A DNA stretch of 64,000 nucleotides from an uncultured Gemmatimonadaceae bacterium (lineage in GTDB: Bacteria; Gemmatimonadota; Gemmatimonadetes; Gemmatimonadales; GWC2-71-9). The position numbers were made by a program, and so were the translations under genes. Of the stretch, positions 34,710 to 41,787 are shown one piece after another; position 1 is the stretch's first letter, and each line of letters opens with the position of its first letter. The stretch is taken from the NCBI GenBank assembly GCA_964578865.1, contig CAZOES010000007.1, forward strand, positions 16,169 through 80,168. Direction: 5' to 3'. The notes under the pieces were generated by a model. That model was not told the origin of the DNA and searched no databases. It saw nothing but the letters and a program-made list of their open reading frames with translations.

Positions 34710-36202
34710 CGCGTGCCTCGACGCCTGACGGCCGGTGGCAGCGGGATCCGATCCGCGCCTGAACCAAGCAGCCATGAGATGCTGGCGGCCAGACGGGTCT
34801 GATTCCAGTCGAACGCACCCGAGTCGGGGCGGCGATGCTTCTCCCAGTAGCGGGTGGCACTCAGGCCGAAACGGAGCTGATCGGTGGCCTGGAGGTCGGC
34901 CTGGATGCCTGCCCAGTCGAGGGTCACATCGTTGTAGCGGAACTCGAGGGGCCTGGTTAGATGCCCGCCATCCGCCGAGAGGGAAATCCGGCGGCCATCC
35001 CGCCAGCTCAATCCCGCGTCCCATCCTTTCGAAGCGGCGCCCGGCCCGAACTCGGCGTGATAGCCGGCCCGGGCATGCCATGACGGTCGGATGGCCCAGC
35101 CTGCGCCCGCATTCCAGCGCCAGCCCCGGTCCTCCACAGTTACCAGTCCGTTGCGAACTTCAGCGTCGGCATACCAGTAGCGCTCGGCGGAGCCCGACAG
35201 ATCCAGGCCTTTGAAGGGTGTCGCCGAGGCCGCCCAATTTGCCGCGGTGTACCCCACCGGACTGAAGACACCCCAGATGGTCCACAGATCGAAATAAGGC
35301 CGGTAGTAGCGCACCCCGGCGCTGCTGCTCCAGCGGGTCCGGCTGTAGCGCAGAGACAGATCGGAGGTCCCCCACTGGTCCCGGGCCAGATCGTATTCGG
35401 AGCCGCCGGTCAGCGACCAGTGGGGGTCCAACGGGCGAAGAGTTGCGCTGACCCCAATGCGCTCCGAAACAAAGTTCCTGGTTTCCCGGTCTACCTCCCG
35501 CTGGTATTCCACGCGGGCGTCGGCCCGGGGGGTGTTCCATTCGGCGCGGCCGCCTGCCACCAGTTGGCGCCGTTCCGGCTGGAAGTCATCGAGGGGGTTG
35601 AGCGCCGGGCTGGTTACCGGGAGGGCCGTGCTCCTCGCCAGTCCCAGGCCGGCGTAGACTCGGGCCGACAGACCGAGGTGATCGCTGCGCGCCGTGAAAC
35701 CGGCGCCATCGTACCCGAGGTAGCCCAACCGGCCTGATTCGAGCTGACGGCCGGCCTGGGCGCTGAACCAGTCTCCCGCGTAGTCCACATAACCTTCCAG
35801 CAGTTGCACCGCCGGGTCCAGTCCGGGCCAGCGCTTGTCTCCCTGGAGGTCGAAACCCAGCCGGGCATTGGCGTGGATGCTGACTCGCGGAAGCCCGATG
35901 CCCCAGGCCGTGAGCGCCACCGAAGTCACCATCGGGGCGCTTCGCACTTTCTCGCCCGGTCGGTAGAAGGTGCAGTTGATCGCGCCGGGCGCGCAGTCAG
36001 CCGCGAATCCGTCGGACGTTTCCCGGCCGCCTCCGGCGGTTACCACCGTATTGGCCAACGCCACGCTATCGAGCCGCACGCCGCGATACGCCACACTCTG
36101 AACTCTCGAGTCCAGTCGCAGGAGGAATCCCTGGCATTGGGCACTTTGGGCGGCAGCACAGATCATTGCCACGGTCGCCAGCACCGGAGCTGTTCGTCTC
36201 AC
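34706..36202 (-). CDS. Porin-like outer-membrane beta-barrel protein (no heme motifs)
   Basis: Signal peptide MRRTAPVLATVAMICAAAQSAQC. The sequence is rich in alternating aromatic/Gly/Arg/Asp segments (SLRYSRTRWSSSAGVRYYRPYF, RWNAGAGWAIRPSWHARAGYHAEF, DWAGIQADLQATDQLRFGLSATRYW). The GTG start 36202 has GGAGG 7 nt upstream and a GTGA overlap with the upstream stop codon. Confidence 0.6.
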   Translation of the reverse strand: MRRTAPVLATVAMICAAAQSAQCQGFLLRLDSRVQSVAYRGVRLDSVALANTVVTAGGGRETSDGFAADCAPGAINCTFYRPGEKVRSAPMVTSVALTAWGIGLPRVSIHANARLGFDLQGDKRWPGLDPAVQLLEGYVDYAGDWFSAQAGRQLESGRLGYLGYDGAGFTARSDHLGLSARVYAGLGLARSTALPVTSPALNPLDDFQPERRQLVAGGRAEWNTPRADARVEYQREVDRETRNFVSERIGVSATLRPLDPHWSLTGGSEYDLARDQWGTSDLSLRYSRTRWSSSAGVRYYRPYFDLWTIWGVFSPVGYTAANWAASATPFKGLDLSGSAERYWYADAEVRNGLVTVEDRGWRWNAGAGWAIRPSWHARAGYHAEFGPGAASKGWDAGLSWRDGRRISLSADGGHLTRPLEFRYNDVTLDWAGIQADLQATDQLRFGLSATRYWEKHRRPDSGAFDWNQTRLAASISWLLGSGADRIPLPPAVRRRGTR

Positions 36203-38049
36203 TGGCCACCTCCGCTCTGGAGCAGCTGAGGGCGATAGTCAGCTGGAGTGCGGAGCAGGTGGCAGCTGCTGCACTCCGCCGGGCCGTAGTGATCCTGCTG
36301 GGGCGAATGGCAGGTGAGACAGAATGAGCGCCGAGGCTCGAGGGCCGCGACCCGCGCCCGAGTATGGCAGGCATCGCAGCGGACATGGGCCAAGACCGGC
36401 CGGGCGTGCGGGGCGGTAATTGCGTCGGTCCGATGGCAGGTGGCACAGGCCCGCCCCGCTTCATGGTGCGACTCATGGCAACCCTGGCACCGGGTCACCG
36501 AATCGGCGGGCGCCATGGTGACCGGCGAGCTGTGGCAGCTGATGCAGGCCCTTTCGCGGTGACTCGGGTGAGAGAATCCCACGGTTCGGGTCCGGGGGCC
36601 GTGATCCTTGACGGCAACCTGGACCAGGACGGACTGCAGCGGTGCCAGTCGGGTCTCCGAGTGGCAGCTGGCACACTGATTGGTCTTGGGGTCCTGGTGA
36701 TGACAGATCTGGCAGCCCCGGGGTGGCTCGAAAGTGAGCTTGCTTTTCTGGGCTGAGGGGACGTGACAGGTCAGGCAGGGCAGCTTCTGGTGCCTCGCAT
36801 GTTCGAACGAATCCGCCGGCTGGGAATGATTCGGCGGCGGCTGAGGCGCCGCCGCCGCGGGTTCAAAGGGGGGCCCATCACCTTTCACTTTTTGAGGCCG
36901 CTCTTCGGCGGGCTCGGGGGCCATCGAGTTGCGCAGCGTCTTGAGGGTGTCGAAGGGCAGGGGAGGGACCGGTCCCTCGGTCCTTCTCGCCCTGGCCCGT
37001 TCGTGACATCCGGTGCAATCGCTGGCGTCCACTCGAGCGGCGTGGGGCAGGTGACAGGTGAGGCATCGCTCACCGACCCGGCGGTGCTGGGCTCCGGTGT
37101 GGAACAGGTCCTTCCGCCAGTCGGCATGGCAGTTGGCCGAAGAACAGCTGGTGCGGGCCTCGGCCGGGGTCTTTTGTTTGTGGGGATCGTGGCACATGCC
37201 GCAGGTCCCGTTGTGGGGATCCTTGGCGGCGTCGAAGTCCGGTAGCCGCTGCTTCATCTCGTGACAACGGAAGCACTGCTGCAGGGCGGGGCGCAGCGTG
37301 CCGGCTGCCGAATCGCGGGTGGCCAGGGCTGGCACCGAGGCGGTGAAGATGTGGCAGCCCGCGCAATGGAATTCACCCTGCGTGGCCATCTTCCCTAGTT
37401 TGATCCGGGTCTCCGACTCCGCATGACAGCCCGACTGGCCGCAGGTCTGATTGACCGGGACGAAGCGGTGGGCGGTGCGGGCGTGGCAGGTCAGACATTC
37501 CTTCTTGCCGACCAGCGCGGATGAATCGGATTCGAGATGGGTGCGGTGGCCGGCGGTGGCGGCGATGGCCTGCCAGGTCTTCTTCGCGTCCCCCTGCACG
37601 TGGCACTGCTCGCAGATCTGGCGGGGGACTTTGGCGTGTTCCGGAATCGTCGAGTCGCGCACGCCCGACATCCATAGCACCAGCTTGACTGCCTCCTTCA
37701 CCGGCTTGAGCGGGTGACAGGCGTGGCAACTGAGGGAGTCGTGCTTCCCTTCCATCAGGGGCACGACCGTGTAGTTACCCGAGTCGGGCGGTGGCGGCAT
37801 CAGCTGCCCGCTGGGAATGAAGATGTGGCAGCCGGTACAGAACCGCTTGTCGGTCTCGATGAAGTGATTGACCTGGTACCCGCCGAACCCCGCCATCAAC
37901 AGGGCCAGAACCCCCACGCTGCCCAGTGCAAAGAGCACCGGGCGGCTTCGGGTCTTGAACCAGGTGATGATGTGTTGCCGTTTGGGCCAGAGCCAGCGGA
38001 CCAGAAAAAAGGCGATGATCCCCGCCAGCACCACGCCGCCCCACATCAC
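36199..38049 (-). CDS. Membrane-anchored multiheme cytochrome: NapC/NirT(CymA)-like tetraheme head fused to about 16 further hemes
   Basis: Two N-terminal TM segments. There are 18 CXXCH plus 2 CX4CH motifs (CGQSGCH, CSSANCH). The first four motifs (ETDKRFCTGCHIF, SLSCHACHPLKP, QICEQCH, ECLTCHARTAHRF) follow the NapC/NirT spacing as I recall it. A Pro/Ala-rich linker lies at about aa 355-405. Confidence 0.85.
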   Translation of the reverse strand: MMWGGVVLAGIIAFFLVRWLWPKRQHIITWFKTRSRPVLFALGSVGVLALLMAGFGGYQVNHFIETDKRFCTGCHIFIPSGQLMPPPPDSGNYTVVPLMEGKHDSLSCHACHPLKPVKEAVKLVLWMSGVRDSTIPEHAKVPRQICEQCHVQGDAKKTWQAIAATAGHRTHLESDSSALVGKKECLTCHARTAHRFVPVNQTCGQSGCHAESETRIKLGKMATQGEFHCAGCHIFTASVPALATRDSAAGTLRPALQQCFRCHEMKQRLPDFDAAKDPHNGTCGMCHDPHKQKTPAEARTSCSSANCHADWRKDLFHTGAQHRRVGERCLTCHLPHAARVDASDCTGCHERARARRTEGPVPPLPFDTLKTLRNSMAPEPAEERPQKVKGDGPPFEPAAAAPQPPPNHSQPADSFEHARHQKLPCLTCHVPSAQKSKLTFEPPRGCQICHHQDPKTNQCASCHSETRLAPLQSVLVQVAVKDHGPRTRTVGFSHPSHRERACISCHSSPVTMAPADSVTRCQGCHESHHEAGRACATCHRTDAITAPHARPVLAHVRCDACHTRARVAALEPRRSFCLTCHSPQQDHYGPAECSSCHLLRTPADYRPQLLQSGGGQ

Positions 38050-38234
38050 CCATGGGGGCTGCTGAAAGATGAACTGGATGAGCGTGGTGATACGGTCGCC
38101 GAACAGCTTCTTGTCGACCAGCGAGTCGACCGGATGGGGGTACAGCGAATCAGGAGACTGCGCGACGAAGCCCGCCCCGGCGAGCAGAGCTCGACCGGGG
38201 CGGGGGGAGAACAGGCTGAACCGGGAACCCTGGC

Positions 38235-39902
38235 TCAGTTGGTGCCCCTCGCGGTGGTGCCTCGAGACGCGGCGTAGGCCTTCACAATCGCCGCCTGGGC
38301 GGAATTACCCAGCTTCAGCTTGCCGCTGTTCACCGCGGCCTGGATCTGGGCCAGGATCGGGTCAGGGGCGCTGTTAATGAACCCGGGATAGCTCGCGAGC
38401 ATATCGGCGATCGAAGCCTGGAGCAAGGCCCGGTAGAGGAACGGATTGTGGACTCCGTGCGATCCGTCGGGATGGCTGGCCATTCCGTCGGCCAGCATCT
38501 GGGCATTGAAGAGGGCGCCCTTGGCCGGCGTGATCACCGTGTTGTACGGCGCGGTGGTGAAGTTGAGATCGTTGGGCTGGTTGAGTTTGACCAGGGCCAG
38601 GTAACCGGAGTCGGTGGGGAATGCATCCACGGTCTGGTTGTGGTTGACGTCCACCCAGAGGGTATGGATGTAGCCATCCCGCTCGGTCTCGAACTGGGTG
38701 AGCCGCTGCACCGCGATCGCCTCGGTGGCGTGGCAGCCCGAGCTGGTGCAGGCCCCCCACGAGCGGCTTGGTACGTCGTAGGCGCAGTTGTTGGTGTAGG
38801 TGGTATCCACCACCACCGGACTCTTGGACTGAAGACAGGGCAGCGGGTGGAACGAGTGACCGCTGAAGGTGATGTTGTTCCCCCCCGCATCCACCCCAGT
38901 CAGCTTGTTCACGTGGCAACCGGCGCAGAGCCTCGGGTTGGCACTGGAACCATGGGTGGTCAGGATCTCGGTAGTGTCATAGCTGCTTCCCGGCGGGAAG
39001 TAACCGGCGTTGCCGAGCAGTACCGGGCCCTGGGTGCCGTGCGGACCGCGCGAGGAAGCCGGGTTGGGATCTGGCGCCCGGTCATGACACTTCATGCAGA
39101 GGTTCTGGGCCAGGTTGGGGACGTCAATCGGGAACCGGAGCTGGCCGGGATAGGGCAGCCCGGTGTTGGGATCCTTGGCCGTGCCATGGGGATCGTGACA
39201 CACCACGCAGTTCTGGGGCAGCAGCGTCGTGGTCCCCTGCTCCTTGTAGATCGTGTTGACGCCCCACGCGGCCAGCGCGCCTTTGCCTTCATGGCACTGG
39301 ACACAGCTGGCGTTACCGGCTGGACTGGCCCGTAGCTGGCCGTGCCGGGAGGCTAGCCATTCCTTCAGATAGCTGTGATGCCGGGCCGGACCGGTGTCGG
39401 TGTGGCAGGCACCGCAGCTGCTGTTGGTCAGAGCCGCAGCGGTATCAATGTTGATGCTGGGGATCGGTCGGTTGCCCACCACGGTGGGATTCTTCACGTG
39501 CTCGAGCCCGGGTCCGTGGCAGCTCTCGCACTGCACGTCGTGATACGCCGTGCTCTTCACCGAATCGTAGCCCACGTGGCCGAACGGTTGATTGCCCCGG
39601 GAGTTTACGCTGTGGCAGCCGGCGCAGAAATCCTGAGCAAATCCGCTGGCCTGCAGGTCGCCCCAGGCCATCGCATGTTTGGTCTGGATCCAGTCGCCCT
39701 GCTGACCCACGTGGCAGTTGCCGCAGGTGGTCTGCTGGTCTGCCTCTTTATAGTACCCGAGGAAACCACTGGCTTCGTCGGGTGGAGTATTGAAGGGAGG
39801 TCGGTCGCGATAGACCGTGTCGGTGCAGGCCGAAAGACCGGCGATTGTTAGAAGCGCCAGTACAAGCGTCTGAGAGGCCAGCCGGGGGGTAGTTTTTCTC
39901 AT
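38235..39902 (-). CDS. Lipoprotein multiheme c-type cytochrome (8 CXXCH + 1 CX4CH) with heme-free C-terminal domain
   Basis: Lipobox LTIAGLSAC. Heme motifs: CGNCH, CAGCH, CESCHGPGLEH, CGACH, CVQCH, CVVCH, CMKCH, CAGCH and CTSSGCH. The last ~170 aa have no Cys-heme motif. Confidence 0.85.
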   Translation of the reverse strand: MRKTTPRLASQTLVLALLTIAGLSACTDTVYRDRPPFNTPPDEASGFLGYYKEADQQTTCGNCHVGQQGDWIQTKHAMAWGDLQASGFAQDFCAGCHSVNSRGNQPFGHVGYDSVKSTAYHDVQCESCHGPGLEHVKNPTVVGNRPIPSINIDTAAALTNSSCGACHTDTGPARHHSYLKEWLASRHGQLRASPAGNASCVQCHEGKGALAAWGVNTIYKEQGTTTLLPQNCVVCHDPHGTAKDPNTGLPYPGQLRFPIDVPNLAQNLCMKCHDRAPDPNPASSRGPHGTQGPVLLGNAGYFPPGSSYDTTEILTTHGSSANPRLCAGCHVNKLTGVDAGGNNITFSGHSFHPLPCLQSKSPVVVDTTYTNNCAYDVPSRSWGACTSSGCHATEAIAVQRLTQFETERDGYIHTLWVDVNHNQTVDAFPTDSGYLALVKLNQPNDLNFTTAPYNTVITPAKGALFNAQMLADGMASHPDGSHGVHNPFLYRALLQASIADMLASYPGFINSAPDPILAQIQAAVNSGKLKLGNSAQAAIVKAYAASRGTTARGTN

Positions 39903-39956
39903 GGAATCCCGTAGGAATACGGAGTTGCCACTACATTATGGCTCTCCTCACCTGGC

Positions 39957-39971
39957 GCAAGGAAGTTTCCA
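39957..39971 (-). promoter_or_regulatory. Candidate sigma54 -24/-12 element TGGAAACTTCCTTGC
   Basis: The minus strand of 39957-39971 reads TGG-N8-TTGC with canonical GG-N10-GC spacing. It lies about 55 nt upstream of the cytochrome operon ATG (39902). The match is to the core only, and no enhancer-binding protein is seen in the window. Confidence 0.2.
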
Positions 39972-40062
39972 TGAAGTCTCCATTAAAGAGTTCCACGATC
40001 CGGTAACTGGGAAGCCCGAAATTCATTCCTGTTAAGGTTAGCCGACACTCCCTGCTGTCACG

Positions 40063-40470
40063 CTAGCTTTTCGATTTCATGTATTCCACCCCGTCGGCGG
40101 TAGCGCTCCGCCAGGCGTCTTCGGTTGCCTCGGTGAACTCCGGATCGAAGCGCCCGACCGTTTCGACCAAGGCGTCGATGAACGGCTGATAGTGAGCCGG
40201 GTCAACCGCCAGCTGCTCCTTGCCGTGCCGCAACGCTACTCGGGTGAGCAGGTTAGGCTCATTCTGGTGGTGGCCATGATAGGAGAGGAGCAGGCCGATC
40301 GCGTGCTGCAGCAGCTGATGTTGACGGGGAAAGTCGGTTTTCGCGAACATCGGCTGTGCCGCCGGGCAGTTGGCGAAAAAGGTCTGGTAAAACCGGTGGA
40401 AGAAGTCAGGAGACTGCTGCGCCCGCTGGTAGCTGGCCTTGGCCAGCGCGGCGGAATCGGAGTTCATCAC
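40063..40470 (-). CDS. Single-domain globin
   Basis: 135 aa with a globin-like pattern: FFHRFYQTFFANCPAAQPMFAKTDFPRQHQLLQHAIGLLL...HYQPFIDALVETV. Confidence 0.7.
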   Translation of the reverse strand: MMNSDSAALAKASYQRAQQSPDFFHRFYQTFFANCPAAQPMFAKTDFPRQHQLLQHAIGLLLSYHGHHQNEPNLLTRVALRHGKEQLAVDPAHYQPFIDALVETVGRFDPEFTEATEDAWRSATADGVEYMKSKS

Positions 40471-40543
40471 CGTGCCTCGGGGTCGGGATTCGGATCGGGG
40501 TTGCGCCAGATAAGATAGCGATGCGCCGCGGCTTTAGCCGGGA

Positions 40544-41662
40544 TCAACGATGGGAACGCGCCCCACTCCACGCCGCCACCATTCCCGCGATCGATTCCAC
40601 CTCCGTTACCAGGGCTCGGAGCAGACTCAGCGAATCGACATAGGGCGAGAGCCGGGCGCTCTGACCCGACCAAAGCGGAAGCAGCTCCCATCGGCCGGCC
40701 GGGTCGGCCACCACCGAGAGATTTCGAATGAGATGCCGCTGTAGAGGGTAGGGGAGAATCGGGCTTCCTTCCCGGTTCAGTTCCTCCATCAACTGGTTGT
40801 GAATGCCCCGGGCCAGCCGGCCGGTAAAGCCCTTGGTCAGCCCGGTTCGGCCGGCTTCCGGCCGGTGCAGCAGGTCGCGATGCAGCGGGCTGGCTCCTGA
40901 TTCCTCGGTTTTGAGAAAGGCCGTGCCGATCTGCACCCCCTCGGCACCGAGCGCCAGGGCTGCGACTACGCCCCGCGCATCGGCAATACCTCCCGCCGCG
41001 ATGACCGGCACACTGACAGCGTCGACCACCTGTGGTACCAGCGACATCGTGCCCGTCAGGGAATCCTCAGCGGAGCGGAGGAAAGATCCGCGATGACCAC
41101 CGCTCTCGAACCCTGAGGCTGCAATCGCATCTACCCCAGCCTGCTCCAGCGCGATGGCTTCGTCCGGTGTCGTGGCGGTGCCGATCAGCAGGATCCCTTT
41201 GGCTCGGCACTCATCCAGCATCTCTCGCGGCGGAATGCCAAAGATGAAGCTGAAGATCGGAACTCTGGCGTCGATCAGCACTCGGGCCTGCCGCTCGAAC
41301 GACACTGGCGTGTAAGGCGAATAGGCCGGCTGCCCCGCGCCGAGGGCGGTGAGGTGAGGGGCCAGGGTCGCCAGGCTTTTGGCAAAGGCATCCGGGCCGG
41401 AGCGGCGGGCCCCTTCGTCCTCCATCGAGACCCAGAGGTTCATCGCAAAGGGCCGGGAAGTCAGCGCCCGGATCTGCGCGATGACCTCGCCGATTGCCTC
41501 GGGGGAATAGCTGTGGACCCCGAACGATCCCAACCCTCCGAAGTTGGAGACCAGCGCCGTCAATCGCTGCGAGGACAACCCGCCGAACGGACCCTGGATG
41601 ATCGGATAGTCGATGCCGAGTTTTTGGGTGAGGCGGTTACGAGGCCAGGCCGATTCGGTCAT
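40544..41662 (-). CDS. Nitronate monooxygenase (NMO / 2-nitropropane dioxygenase family)
   Basis: IDYPIIQGPFGG..., VIAAGGIADARGVVAALALGAEGVQIGTAFL. Confidence 0.85.
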   Translation of the reverse strand: MTESAWPRNRLTQKLGIDYPIIQGPFGGLSSQRLTALVSNFGGLGSFGVHSYSPEAIGEVIAQIRALTSRPFAMNLWVSMEDEGARRSGPDAFAKSLATLAPHLTALGAGQPAYSPYTPVSFERQARVLIDARVPIFSFIFGIPPREMLDECRAKGILLIGTATTPDEAIALEQAGVDAIAASGFESGGHRGSFLRSAEDSLTGTMSLVPQVVDAVSVPVIAAGGIADARGVVAALALGAEGVQIGTAFLKTEESGASPLHRDLLHRPEAGRTGLTKGFTGRLARGIHNQLMEELNREGSPILPYPLQRHLIRNLSVVADPAGRWELLPLWSGQSARLSPYVDSLSLLRALVTEVESIAGMVAAWSGARSHR

Positions 41663-41681
41663 AAGGAGAGTTCGGTGAACG

Positions 41682-41770
41682 GCTAAGAGCTAAGAGCTGA
41701 GAGCTATTGTGCCAGAATTTAGTACTGCCGTAAGCATGGCACGATAGCTCTCAGCTTACAGTTCTCAGCC
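41682..41770. repeat. Intergenic heptamer repeats flanking a 20-bp-stem hairpin
   Basis: GCTAAGA GCTAAGA GCTGAGA at 41682-41702. Left arm AGCTGAGAGCTATTGTGCCA (41695-41714), 22-nt loop, right arm TGGCACGATAGCTCTCAGCT (41737-41756). The single mismatch would be a G-U pair on one strand and A-C on the other. The arms extend imperfectly outward (CTCAGCC at about 41764-41770). Confidence 0.6.
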
Positions 41771-41787
41771 AATCGCCGGCCTGAACT

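Noticed and set aside
34710-35081. 124-codon N-terminal extension of the 16-heme cytochrome ORF. Similar long alternative-start extensions occur at 8576-9973, 18899-19774, 41788-43026, 49971-50732 and 55844-56782.
   Set aside because: The extensions overlap the upstream genes and are basic and Pro/Arg-rich. They precede an internal ATG or GTG that has a GGAGG-type RBS, a clean signal peptide, or a family-typical N-terminus.
38050-38234. The reading frame of the 20-heme gene stays open for more than 60 codons upstream of GTG 38049, which could mean a longer protein.
   Set aside because: I found no ATG, GTG or TTG in that stretch, only CTG codons, and open frames are common in GC-rich DNA. The GTG-ATG pair is immediately followed by a TM helix, as expected for NapC/NirT-type proteins. 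I treat the stretch as a 185-nt intergenic spacer.
41682-41702. Are the tandem heptamers here, and the repeats at 59.2-59.85 kb, CRISPR arrays?
   Set aside because: The repeat units are 7 nt or about 25 nt without regularly sized unique spacers. Copies occur in both orientations, and no cas genes are present. They are not CRISPR.
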